This document shows positions 48,805 through 62,007 of a stretch of 64,000 bases of DNA, one piece after another. The DNA comes from Malacoraja senta (Eukaryota): the NCBI GenBank assembly GCA_038087875.1, contig CM075992.1, forward strand, positions 11,720,001 through 11,784,000. The letters run 5' to 3'. A program made the position numbers and the translations under genes. The notes under the pieces were generated by a model that saw only the letters and a program-made list of their open reading frames with translations, searched no databases and had not been told where the DNA came from. Position 1 is the stretch's first letter. Each line of letters opens with the position of its first letter.

Positions 48805-49199
48805 CTAAAGAGAAAAGAGCCATTGTAAATGAGGGCAATGTTTGAGGCATTCAGACAAACACATGAACAGTGGGGATGGCTGGTTACAGACCACATGTGG
48901 GGGATGTGTGGTTTAAATTGGTATTACGATCGGCACTGACTTTGTGGCTGCAGAACCTGTTTCTGCAGTGTTTTAAATTCTATTTTCATGAATTCCATTC
49001 ATACAAAGTTCATCCTTGAAACCATACCTGAAAAATAGCCAAGGTTAACAGAAATTAGAATGAATTAATCTTTTTCAGGCTGTAAGTCTGCAACGAGGGT
49101 GTATTCAGGTCAGTTCTTGGATTAGGCTAGTTGGAATTTATATTAATGACCTGGGGGCGAGCACTCAGTGTCATGTTTGCCGATATGATTATAATAGAT

Positions 49200-49528
49200 T
49201 TTAGTTTTGTTTAGAGATACAGCATGGAAACAGGCACTTCGGCCCACCGAGTCTGCGCCGACCAGCGATGTCCGCACATTAATGCTATCCTACACATACT
49301 AGCGATAATTTACACTTATACCAAGTATACAAACCCAAGACAATTAACCTGCAAACCTGTACGGCTTTGTAGTGTGGGAGGAAACCGAAACTCGGAGAAA
49401 ACCCACGTGGTCACGGGGAGAATGTACAAACCCCGAACAGACTGCACCCTTTGTCAGGATCAAACCCGTGTCTCTGGTGCTGCAAGCGCTGTAAGGCAGC
49501 AACACTACCGCTGCACCACTGTGGCGCA
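49200..49528 (-). mobile_element. HE1/V-SINE-like SINE
   Basis: Reverse-complement tRNA-like head and tttagaga tail. Confidence 0.8.
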
Positions 49529-49539
49529 GATGAAATAAG

Positions 49540-52363
49540 ATGCTGAATTATGTTTGGACTCTGCAGCAGGAGAGACTCCAGGATTGTGTGTTACCTCCCT
49601 GGTGCTAGGGTCCAGGACGTCACGGAGCGGCTGCACCACAACCTCAAGAGTGAGGGGTAGCAGCCGGATGTTGTTGTGCATAACCATATTTAATCATATA
49701 ACCATATAACAATTACAGCACGGAAACAGGCCATCTCGGCCCTTCTAGTCCGTGCCGAACACTTCCTCTCACCTAATCCCATTTACCTGCACTCAGACCA
49801 TAACCCTCCATTCCTTTCCCGTCCATATACCTATCCAATTTATTTTTAAATGATAAAACCGAACCTGCCTCCACCACCTTCACTGGAAGCTCATTCCACA
49901 CAGCTACCACCCTCTGAGTAAAGAAGTTCCCCCTCATGTTACCCCTAAACCTCTGTCCCTTAATTCTCAAATCATGTCCTCTTGTTTGAATCTTCCCTAC
50001 TCTCAATGGAAAAAGCTTATCCACGTCAACTCTGTCTATCCCTCTCATCATTTTAAAGGCCTCTATCAAGTCCCCCCTTAACCTTCTGTGCTCCAAAGAA
50101 TAAAGACCTAACTTGTTCAACGCTTTTCTATAACTTTGGTGCTGAAACCCCGGCAACATTCTAGTAAATCTCCTCTGTACTCTCTCTATTTTGTTGACAT
50201 CTTTCCTATAATTTGGCGACCAAAATTGTACCCCATACTCAGAATTGGCCTCACCAATGCCTTGTACAATTTTAACATTACATCCCAACTTCTATACTCA
50301 AAGCTCTGATTTATAAAGGCCAGCACACCAAAAGCTTTCTTTACCACCCTACCTACATGAGATTTCACCTTCAGGGAACTATGCACAGTTATCCCTAGAT
50401 CCCTCTCTTCAACTGCATTCCTCAATTTGCTACCATTTACCTTGTACGTCCTATTTTGATTTGTCCTGCCAAGATGTAGCACTTCACAATTATCAGCATT
50501 AAACTCCATCTGCCATCTTTCAGCCCACTCTTCGAAATGGCCTAAATCTCTCTGTAGAATTTGAAAATCTACTTCATTATCCACAACACCACCTATCTTA
50601 GTATCATCTGCATACTTACTAATCCAATTTACCACACCATCATCCAGATCATTGATGTATATGACAAACAACAGTGGACCCAACACAGACCCCTGAGGCA
50701 CCCCACTAGTCACCAGCCACCAAACTGACAAACAGCCATCCACCATTACTCTCTGGCATCTCCCATTCAACCACTGTTGAATCCATCTTGCTACTCCACC
50801 ATTAATACACAACAATTGCACCTTCTTAACCAACCTTCCATGTGGAACCTTGTCAAAGGCCTTACTGAAGTCCATATAGACAACATCCACCGCTTTACCC
50901 TCATCAATTTCCCTAGTAACCTCTTCAAAAAATTCAAGAAGATTAGTCAAACATAACCTTCCAGGCACAAATGCATGTTGACTGTTCCTAATCAGACCCT
51001 GTTTATCCAGATGCTTATATATATTATCTCTAAGTATCCTTTCCATTAATTTGCCCACCACTGACGTCAAACTAACAGGTCTATAATTGCTAGGTTTACT
51101 CTTAGAACCCTTTTTAAAGCATGTTGGCACAAATGATATACGTCGGAAGAGGAAGGAGGTTCTGCAACAAGAATTTACGGAATAGAGTATAAGACTGAAA
51201 AGCAGTGCCTGCAGGGTAGTGATCTCAGGATTGCCTCCAGTATCTCGTGCTAGTGAAGGTAAGAATAAGAAGACGGGGGAAATGAATGTGTGGCTGAATA
51301 GGTGGTGCAGGGGGCAGGGTTTCTGGATAATTGGGATTTCTTCCGGGGCAGGGTTGCAAAAAGGGGATGGTTTGCAACTAATAAAGGGGACGGGTTGCAC
51401 CTAAACGTAACCAACATCCCAGCGGGAAGGTTTGCTAATGCTACACGGGAGGGTTTAATCTCGATTGGCAGGTGGGTGGGATCTCGTGCAGGACATGACA
51501 CTGAGAGGCTAGAAGTTGGTATGGAGGATGGTGTGTGAAAGGTTAGTGGGCAGAAAAGGCAGGAGAGCGAGGAAGAAGGGTTGGTTTAAACTGCGCGTAT
51601 CTTATTGCAAGGGTCCTGACTGGTAAGACAGATGAGCTTAGGGCATGGATACGTACGAGCGACTGGGACGTTGTAGCCATGACTGAAACCTGGTTAAGGG
51701 AGGGACAGGACTGGCAGCTCAATATTCCGGAGTACAGGAGCTTCAGGAGAGACAGGGGTGAGGAGAAAAGAGGAGGGGGGATTGCATTGTTGGTTAAGGA
51801 GGATGTCACGGCTGTGTTCAGAGGTGACATTATTGACGGTTCATGTTGTGAGGCTATACGGGTGGTGCTGAGGAACAAGAAAGGGATGATCACCTTGTTG
51901 GGGGTGTACTACAGACCCCGAATAGTCAACAGACCCCGAATAGTCAATAGTTAGAAGAACAAATGTGCCGGGAGATTGCAGACTGCTGCAGGTCAAATAA
52001 GGTTGTTGTAGGAGGGGATTTCAACTTTCCCAATAGAGACTGGGAAAATCATAGCGTGAAGGGTTCAGATGGGGTCCAATTCCTCAGGAGTTTTCTTAAG
52101 CGGTATGTGGAGGCCCCTACATGTGAGAGGGCAATGCTAGATCTAGTATTGGGAAATTGGGAAGGGCAAGTTAATGAAGTGTGTGTGGAGGAGCCTTTTG
52201 GGACCAGTGACCACAGTTCGATTAGGTTTAAGATAGTTATGGATAGGGACGGAGAGGGTCCATGTGTTAAAATGATCAACTGGGGTAAGGCCAATTTGAG
52301 AGAAGGTCTCGCTCAAGTTAACTGGAGCAGGTTATTAGATGGGAAAGGAGCATCAGCCAAGTG
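49540..52363 (+). mobile_element. CR1 5' part (ORF1 esterase-like plus ORF2 endonuclease), split by a younger CR1
   Basis: CYLPGARVQDV...DVVVH|VGTNDI...VVISGLPPV; MTETWL, GGDFN, SDHS. Confidence 0.85.
49682..51118 (-). mobile_element. Younger 5'-truncated CR1
   Basis: RT frame FKKG...YADD; (TATATGGT)n tail; GCAT duplication at 49678-49681 and 51119-51122. Confidence 0.9.
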
Positions 52364-52376
52364 TTTTTTTTTTAAA

Positions 52377-52690
52377 CTATGGGGAGATTCCACCTCTGAC
52401 TGAGAAGATCAGAATGAGAAGGATGAGGCTCGCTGGTCACTACCACCACCACCCAGAAATGCCAGCAAACAAGGTTATGTTGTGGGAACCCACCCATGGA
52501 AGACGTGACCCGGGACGGCCAATCAAGATGATGCTGTACACGTTGATGGAAGACACATGTGTAGAGACAAAAGAGGAGCTTGCCAGCTGCATGGAGGACA
52601 GAGATGTGTGGTGTGTCCATCACCGGGCCCGTCGAAAACCAGCACCTGTGACGGATGCATCACTAATGTTTTCAATGATGATGATGATGG
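52377..52690 (+). mobile_element. RTE-clade LINE 3' end
   Basis: YGEIPPLTEKIRMRRMRLAGH...GRRDPGRP...MEDRDVW; (GAT)n tail. Confidence 0.85.
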
Positions 52691-53076
52691 ATGGCAGAAG
52701 ACAAAGAGTGGCAATAAACGGGGCTTTTTGTGGTTGGATGAAAGTGGAATTCTCTGCCACAGAAGGCAGTGGCAGCCAATTCACTGGATGTTTTCAAAAG
52801 AGTTAGATTTTGCTAATGAGAAAAGTGCAATCACTCTGACAGTGGGAGATTGAGGAACAGATACATAGGCAGTTTACAGAAGGATGCAAAAGCAACAAGT
52901 TGGCGTTGTGGGTGATTTTATCTTCCCCAATATTGACTGGGAATTGCTCAAAAGCTTCAGATGAGGTAGAATTTTCAGGTGTATCAAAGAGTATGTAGAT
53001 AGTCCAACTCAAGGGGGTTCCAGGTTGCCTGGTGTTGGGAAACAAGCTTGGCTGGGTTATTAAATTAAAATATTAA

Positions 53077-53390
53077 GGGGCAGCACAGTCTCTCAGCAAT
53101 AGAGTTGCTGCCTTACAGCGGCAGAGATCCAGGTTCAATCCTGACTACGGGAGTTGTCTGTATGGAATTTGTACGTTTGTAATTTGTACGTTCTCCCTGT
53201 GACTGCATGGGTTTTCTCTGGATGCTCCAGTTTCCTCCCACACTCCAAAGATGTACATGTTTGTAAGTTAATTGGCTTCTGTAAAGTGTAAATTGTACCT
53301 AGTGTATAGGATAGTGCTAGTGTACGAGGTGATCGCTGACAGTGGGTCGAAGGACCTATTTTCCTGCTGTATCTCTAAAGTCTAAAGTAA
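53077..53390 (+). mobile_element. HE1/V-SINE-like SINE
   Basis: GGTTCAATCC B-box; tctaaag tail. Confidence 0.8.
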
Positions 53391-54124
53391 GGTCACTGGT
53401 GTTTCAGTGAAAGAGTATTTTGGGAACAGTGATCATAACTGCAAAGGTATTCAGATAGTTATGAATAAGAATAAGTCTGGACCTTGTGGTACGGTACTAA
53501 GTGGGGTTAGATGCATGCAGCATCTGCTAGGGAAAGTATATTGGAACCATCGGTTATTGTGTAAATCCACATCTGACATGTGGAAGTGGTTTAAAGACCA
53601 GCTGACCAGAGCTCAGGACCATATGTTCCAGTGAGGATGAGACATAGGATGGCAAGGTATGGGGGAACCTTGGATCATCAAAGAGGTTGCAAATTTGGTC
53701 AAAAAGAAATAGGGAGCTTATGTAAGGTTGAGAAAGATAAAATCAGACAGGAACTTTGAGGAGTATAAAGCCACGAGGAAAGAAGCAGGCAATTAAAAGC
53801 TCCAAAAGGGACAACAAAATGGTATTGGTGAGTAGGAATAAAGGAAAATCCTGGGCTTTTTATATGTATATTACATATAAGCAGATAACTGGATATAGTA
53901 GCTGGTGAAGGCTCAAAGGTGGATTTATGCTTGAAGGATATAGATGAGATACTTAACAAGTACTTTGCATCTGTTTTCACCAACGAGAAGGACGTGGAGG
54001 ATAGTGAGATCAATGTGGAGAATACTAATACACAGTGGCACAACTGGTCAAGCTGTGTCAGGAACAGTGCCAGAAACCTTGGTTCGATCCTGACCGAGGG
54101 TGCTATCTGTGAGGTTCATATGTT

Positions 54125-55860
54125 AACAAGTTCTGGGAACACAATTAGGCCATTCCGCCCATTAAGTCTACTCTGCCATTCAATCATGGCTGATCTGTTT
54201 TCCATCTCAACCCCATTCTACTGCCTTCTCCCTATGACCTCTGGCATCCTTACTAATCAAGAATTTGCCAATCTCCACCTTAAATATACCCGATTTAAAG
54301 TGGCAAACTCTGCTTTAAAGTGGCAATGAATTACACAGAGTCACTACCCTCTGACAAAAGAAATTCTACCTCATCTCCTTTGTAAAAGTACATCCTTTTT
54401 TTCTAAGGCTGTGCTCTCTGGTCCTAGACTCTCCAACTCGTGGAAACATCCTCTCCACATCCACACGAACCAGACCACTATTCGATGTTTCAATGTCCCC
54501 CTCATCCTAGATAATACCTCAGGACTGCTCACACGTTGTTGGTAGCATGGTTCAGTTATCAGGCAATTGAACCATCCCACCAACAACTAGTCCAGATCTA
54601 CTATCTACCTCATTGGAGACACTCGGACTATCTTTGATCTGACTTTACTGGACTTTATCTAGCACTAAACATTATTCACATTATTCCCTTTATTGTGTAT
54701 TTGTACACTGTAGGTCGCTTTATTGTAATTATATATTGTCTTTCCGCTGACTGGTTAGCACTCAACCAGCTTTTCACTGTACCTTGGAACACATGACAAT
54801 AAAGTAATCCTTCTAAACTCCAGCGAGTACACGCCCAGTGCTTGTCATCATACATTAACCCAATCATCCCCTGGATCATTCTCATAAAACCTCTGACCCT
54901 CCAATGCCAGCACATCTCTCCTCAAACAAGGGACACAAAACTGCTCACAATACACTGACAGTGCCGCATAAAGCCTCAGCATTGCATCCCTATTTTTATA
55001 TTCTAGTTCTCTGGAAATGAATGCTAACATTGCATTTGCTTTCCTTGCTACCAATTCAACGTGCAAATTTACCTTTTGGGAATTCTGCTCCAGCATTCCC
55101 ATGTCCTTCCGCACCTCCACTTTCTGAGTCCTCTGCCCATTTAGAAAATAGTCTACTACCAAAGTATTCCTACTCCCAAAGTGCACGACTGCACACTTTG
55201 CTATGCTGTATTGCTTCTGCCACTTCTTTGGCCACTCTCTCAACCTATCCAAGACCTTCTGCAGAATCCCTGCCTTGCTGTCCCTCCACCTATCTTCGTG
55301 TCATCCGCAAACTTAACCGCAAAGCCTTCAATTCCTTCATTCAAATCATTATTATACAACGCAAAGTCTAGCGGCCCCAAAACCAACCCCTGCGGAACTC
55401 CACTAGTCACTGGCAGCCAACCAGAGAAAGCCCCCTTTATCCCCACTCTTTGCCTCTAAAATCTTAAAAACCATTGAAGTCAGGCTAATCGGCCTATAGT
55501 TTCCCCTCTTATGCTTCGTAGCCTTCTTGAATAGTGGAGTAACATTTGGAATTTTCCAGTCCTCTGGGACCACTCCTGACTCTAGTGATTCTTGAAAGAT
55601 CACCACTAATGCCTCCACAATCTCTAATGCTATCTCTTTTAGAACTGTGGGGTGTTGTCCATCTGATCCAGGTGACTTATCCACCTTCAGACCTTTCAGC
55701 TTCCCAAGCACCTTCTCTTTAGTAACAGCAACTCCACTAACTTCTACCCCCTAACTCTCTTGAAATACAGACATGTTGCTGGTGTCTTCTTCTGTAAAGA
55801 CTGATACAAAAAACGTATTTAATTCATCTGCCATTTCATTATTCCCCGTTATTACTTCAA
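54125..55860 (-). mobile_element. Decayed CR1 with an L2-type insert (about 54530-54805)
   Basis: DKSPGSDG, SGVPQG, KFADDTK. Confidence 0.8.
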
Positions 55861-56399
55861 AGAACATTATTACAAAGAAGGGAAGTCGAGGTAATCCAGG
55901 AAATTCTAGGCCTGTGAACCACACGTCAGAACTTTTTTCGCAGGGTGGAAATGTCAAAAACTAGATGGCACAGCATTAAGGTGTGAGAGGCCTTAACATC
56001 TTAAGTTTAATGGAGATGTTTGGGGCATGTTTATTACACAGAGCGGTGGGTGCCTGAAACACACTAGTGGTGTGGTGATGGTGGTAGATATGATTTAATC
56101 ATATGGCATTAAATATGGCATTTAAAGGCTTTTAGATAGGAACACGATATGCCGAGAATGGAAGGATATGGATCATGCTCAGGCAGAGGAAATTTGGTTA
56201 AGCATCATGCTTGGCATGGACATTGTGGGCCGAAGGGACTGTTCCTGTGCTTCTAATACTCCAGGTGCTGCCTCACCACTATGATGGACCATAGTCAAAG
56301 ATCTCCCTTATTTCTAAACATAAACATTTTTGCAATAAGGGCCAATGTGCTATCTTGCCTTCCTAACTACTTTCTTCAGCCTGCTAACGTTTTAACGCT

Positions 56400-58780
56400 G
56401 ATCGTCCCCTATCAATAACCCGTGCCTGCCTTCTCCCCATATCTCTTGACTCCACTAGCCCCTAGAGCTTTATCTAACTCTCTCTTAAATCCATCCAGTG
56501 ACTTGGCCTCCACTGCCCTCTGTGGCAGGGAATTCCATAAATTCACAACTCTCTGGGTGAAAACGTTTTTTCTCACCTCAGTCTTAAATGACCTCCCCTT
56601 TATTCTAAGACTGTGGCCCGTGGTTCTGGACTCGCCCAACATTGGGAACATTTTTCCTGCATCTAGCTTGTCCAGTCCTTTTATAATTTTATATGTTGCT
56701 ATAAGATCCCCCTCATCCTTCTAAACTCCAGTGAATACAAGCCTAGTCTTTTCAATCTTTCCTCATATGACAGTCCCGCCATCCCAGGGATCAATCTTGT
56801 GAACCTACGCTGCACTGCCTCAATCACAAGGATGTCCTTCCTCAAATTAGGAGACCAAAATTGTACACAATACTCCAGATGTGGTCTCACCAGAGCCCTA
56901 TACAACTGCAGAAGAACCTCTTTACTCCTATACTGAAATCCTCTTGTTATGAAGGCCAACATTCCATTAGCTTTCTTCACTGCCTGCTGTACCTGTAAGC
57001 CAACTTTCAGTGACCGGTGTACAAGGACGCCCAGGTCTCGCTGCACCTCCCCCTTACGTAACCTAACCCCATTGAGATAATAATCTGCCCCATTGTTTTT
57101 GCCGCCAAAGTGGATAACCTCACATTTATTTATATTATACTGAATCTGCCATGCATCTGCCCACTCACTCAACCTGTCCAGGTCACCCTGCAACCTCCTA
57201 ACATCCTCTTCACAGCTCACACTGCCACCCAGCCTTGTGTCATCCAGAAACTTGCTAGTGTTGCTCCTAATTCCCTCTTCCAAATCATTAATATATATGG
57301 TAAACTGTTGCGGCCCCAACACCGAGCCTTGCGGCACTTCACTCGCCACTGCCTGCCATTCTGAAAGGACCCGTTCACTCCTACACTTTGCTTCCAGTCT
57401 GCCAACCAATTTTCTATCCATGTCAACACCCTACCCCTAATTTTAGTCACCAGTCTCCCGTGCGGGACCTTATCAAAGGCTTTCTGAAAGTCTAGATACA
57501 CTACATCCACTGGCACCCCTTCATCCATTTTACTTGTCACATCCTCAAAAAATTCCAGAAGATTAGTCAAGCATGATTTCCCTTTCATAAATCCATGTTG
57601 ACTTGGGCTAATCCTTTTACTGCTATCCAAATGCCCCATTATTACCTCTTTAATAATTGACTCCAGCATCTTTCCCACCACCGAAATCAGGCAAACTGGT
57701 CTGTAATTCCCCATTTTTTCTCTCGCTCCTTTCTTGAAAAGTGGGATAACATTAGCTATCCTCCAATCCACAGGAACTGATCCTGAATCTATTGAACATT
57801 GGAAAATGATCACCAATGCGTTCACTATTTCTGGAGCCACCTCCCTGAGGACCCTGGGATGCAGACCATCAGGTCCAGGGGATTAACCGTCCTTCAGTCC
57901 CATTAGCCTACCCAATACTATTTCTCGCCTAATGAAAATGTCTTTCAGTTCCTCTAACCCCTTAGATCCTCTGTTCTCCAGTACATCTGGGAGATTGTTT
58001 CTGTCTTCCTTAGTGAAGATAGATCTGAAGTACCTATTCAACTCTTCTGCCATTTTCTTGTTGCCCATAATAATTTCACCCGTGTCTGCCTTCAAGGGAC
58101 CCACAATTGACTTTGCTACTCTTTTTCCCTTAACATATCTAAAGAAGCTTTTACTGTCCTTCTTTATATTCCTGGCCAGCTTCCGTTCCTACTTCATCTT
58201 TTCAGCCCATATTGCCAGTTTTGTTTCCTTCTGTTGTCCTATGAAAGTTTCCCAATCCTCTGGCTTCCGGCTACTCTTTGCTGTGTTATACATCTTTTCT
58301 TTTAGTTTTATTCTATCCCTAACTTCTCTTGTCAGCCACGGTTGCCTCCTACTCCCCTTAGAGTCTTTCTTCCTTTTTGGAATGAAATGATCCTGCGTCT
58401 TCTGGATTATGCCCAGAAATTCCTGCTATTGCTGTTCCACCATCATTCCTGCTATGATCCCTTTCCAGTCTACCTTGGCCAGCTCCCCTCTCATGCCTTC
58501 ATAGTCCCCTTTGTTCAACTGCATCACTGACACTTCCGATTTAACGTTCTCCTTCTCAAATTGCAGATTAAAACTAATCATATTATGATCACTACCTCCA
58601 AGTGGTTCCTTTACCTCGAGTTCTCTTATCATATCTGGTTCATTGGACAACACTAAATCCAGAATTGCCTTTTCTCTGGTCGGCTCATTACAAGCTGCTC
58701 TAAGAATCCATCTCGGAGGCATTCTACAAACTCCTTTTCTTGGGGTCCTGAACCAACCTGATTTCCCAGTCTACCTGCAC
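56400..58780 (-). mobile_element. CR1 ORF2 with frameshifts and deletions
   Basis: PTREKAILDLVL, SDHN, YLDFQKAFDKVPH, LVRPHLEYC. Confidence 0.9.
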
Positions 58781-59464
58781 ATGACTTCTCTACTTCCGTC
58801 ATGGAACATATACAAAACATTGAACATACAATAGTACAGCACAGGAACTAGATCTTCCGCCACGAAGTCTGTGCCTAACATGATGCCATGAGCAACATAT
58901 CTGCCGACATAATCCATAATCCTCCATAGCCTGCACATCCATGTGTTTATCCATAAGTCTCTCAAGTGCCACCTATCGCAACTGTCTCCATCTCCACCCA
59001 CGGCAACTTGTTCCAGGCACCCACCATCCTTGAGTAAGAAAAGCCTTGCCCCACACATCTCCTTTAAACTTAGTCCCTCTCACTTTAAAGCTATGCCCTC
59101 TAGTATTTGAAAATTTCCATCCTGGAAAATAGGTTCTGACTATCTCCCCTATCTATGCCTCATTTCCAACTCTCCTCCATTTAGATAATGTTCTACCTTT
59201 GAATTCCTCTTCCAGTGCTACATTTCAGAGGGAGTTAGATGTGGCCCTTGTGGCTAAAGGGATCAGGGGGGTAGGAGAAAGGCAGGTACAGGATACTGAG
59301 TTGGATGATCAGCCATGATCATATTGAATGGCGGTGCAGGCTCAAAGGGCCGAATGGCCTACTCCTGCACCTATTTTCTATGTTTCTATGTTTCTATGCA
59401 TGACCTCACACCTTCCACATTAAACTCCATTTCCTAACTTTTCATTCTTCAATCTCTCTGTAGA

Positions 59465-61045
59465 GTCAGAGTCATAGAGTCAAAGAGTGATACACTGTGG
59501 AAACAGGCCACTACCCTGGGCTTGGTCCATATCCCTCCAAACCTGTCCTTTCCATGTACCTGTCAAACTGTTTCTTAAACAATGTGATAGTCCCAGCCTC
59601 AACTACCTCCTCTGGTCCATACCCCGACCACCCTTTGTGTGAAAAAGGTACCCCTCTGATACCTATTAAATCTTTTCCTCTTCTTCTTGAACCTATGTCC
59701 TCAGGTCCTTGATTCCCCTACGCTGGGCAAAAGACTCTGTCCATCTGCCGATCTATTCCCCTCTTATACACCTCTATAAGATCACCCTTATCCTCCTGTG
59801 CTCCATGGAATAAAGACCCAGCCTACTCACCTCTCCCTATAGTTCACACCCTCTAGCCCTGGCAACATAAATCTTTTCTGAACCCTTTCAAGCTTGACAA
59901 TATCTTTCCTATAACAATGGTGCCCAGAACTGAACACAATATTCAAAATGCAATCTCACAAACGTCTTATACAACTGCAACATGACCTCCCAACTTCTAT
60001 ACTCCATACTCTGACTGATGAAGGCCAAAGTGCCAAAAGCCTTTTTGACCACATCTACCTGTGACTCAACCCTCAAGGAGCCATGCACCTGTACTCCTTG
60101 ATCCCTCTGCTCTACAACACTACCCAGAGACATACCATTTATTGTGTAGGTCCTGCCCTTGTTCGATGTCCCAAAATGCAACACTTCACATTTCTCTGTA
60201 TTAAATTCTATCAACCAATCCTCCGCCCACCTGGCCAATCGATCCAGATCCTGCTGCAATCGTTCACAACCATCTTCACTTTCTGCAAAACCACTAACTT
60301 TTGTATCATCAGCAAATCTTGCCCTGTCTGTTCTCATCCAAAGCATTGATGTAAATGACAAACAATAATGGGTCCAGCACCGAACCCTGAGGCACACCAC
60401 TAGTCACAGGCATCCAGTCTGAGAAGCAATCTTCAACCATTACCCTCTGCTTCCTTCCATGAAGCCAATTTGCTATCCATTCAGCTATCTCTCCTTGGAT
60501 TCCATGCGATCCAACATTCCAGAGCAGCCTACCACGCGGAACCTTGTCGAACGCCTTATTGAAGTCCATGCACACAACAGCTCGGCCTTCATCAACATTT
60601 TTGCTTAAGTCTTCAAAAAAATCAATCATATTTGTGAGACACGACCTTCAACATACAAAACCATGCTGACTATCCCTAATCGGCCCTTGTTCATTCAAAT
60701 GCCTGTATATCCAATCCCTCAGAATACTCTCCAGTAACTAACCAATTACAGATGTTAAGCTCACCGGCCTATAGTTCCCAGCATTTTCCCTGTAGCCCTT
60801 CTTGAAAAGAGGTAAAACATTTGCCACCCTCCAGTCGTCCGGTACCTTTCCTGTATTTAAGGACAACTCGTAAAATTTCAACCAGGGCTCCTGCAATTTT
60901 CTCTCTAGTTTCCCACAATGTCCTCAGATATATCAGATCAGCCCTGGAGATTTGTCTGCCTTCAAACACGACGGTACATTCAGTACTTCTTCAACAGTAA
61001 TGCTGGCTGCTCTCAAGACACTTCTAGTGACTGCTCCAATTTCCT
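59465..61045 (-). mobile_element. CR1 RT and 3' end
   Basis: SGVPQGSVLDPLLF, FADDTKV; (gactct)-type tail near 59465. Confidence 0.85.
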
Positions 61046-61076
61046 AGTTTAAAAGGAAAAGACCACATCACCAACG

Positions 61077-62005
61077 CCCATAGGGAAGGGCATTGGTGAT
61101 GTGGTCCCTCCAACTGACATTTTGCACTTTACTGAGCATTTGGGTTTATGTACCATCGAGAGAATTGGACAGTGCTCGAGTGAGAGTCCATGCCTCACAC
61201 CCGTACAATAATATGGTCTCTACAGTTACATGCAAGAATCTCAGTTTGAGACCCTTAGTCCATTAGTAATTCTCCGAGCTTTGCACCCATGCTCCCAGGT
61301 ACTTGAAGTTCTCTACTTTCTTGAAAGTTGCACCGCCACTGGTCTTGAGATGCTCATGGTCACCAACGTTGAACGCCATGTACTCCGTCTTCTTGGTATT
61401 GAGGTGGAGGCCCACTTTCTCGCACTCCGTCTCGACCCTGCCGAGCAGCTCCCGTGCCTCCCTAATCTGGTCTGACAGCAACACGATGTCATCAGCAAAG
61501 TCGAGGTCTGACAAGTTGACTGGCCCGATTCTTCTCGAACGCCTTGGGGTGATTGTGAAGCCGAGGTCCTCATGTTCCTTGAGCGCCTGCCTCATGGCAT
61601 AATCATGGACAATAATGAAGAGAAAGGGTGCCAGCGTGTCTCCCTGTAAGACCCCCACGAGGATCTCGAACATTTGGCTCTCGCCATCCGGGGTGACAAC
61701 TTTGGCCGTGGTGCCCAAGTGCATATCCTCAATTGCTCTAAGGACATGAGGAGGGATACCGTAAGCCTAAATCCTCATCATTTTACATCGATGAATCGAG
61801 TCAAATGCCTTCTTGAGGTCTATGAAGGTTAGGACGGCCGGCAGGTTGTTATTCTTCACCTCCTCAATGATTCTTCGGGGGGCAAGGATTTGTGTGACCA
61901 TGTTCCTCTTCTCTCTGAAGCTGTTCTGATTGCAACGTAGCTTCGGGTTGATAGCAACCCTAATCAGGTAGAGAATCAAGCGGTTGTAGACCTTGGCCAA
62001 GACAC
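61077..62005 (-). mobile_element. RTE-clade LINE, RT region
   Basis: FIDLKKAFDSIHR, GVLQGDTLAPFLF, DFADDIVLL, FKYLG, LLYGCEAW. Confidence 0.9.
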
Positions 62006-62007
62006 AG

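Noticed and set aside
49540..52363. Twin-primed (5'-inverted) CR1
   Set aside because: ORF1 reads DVVVH|VGTND across the minus-strand piece with a GCAT duplication, so it is a nested insertion of a separate CR1.
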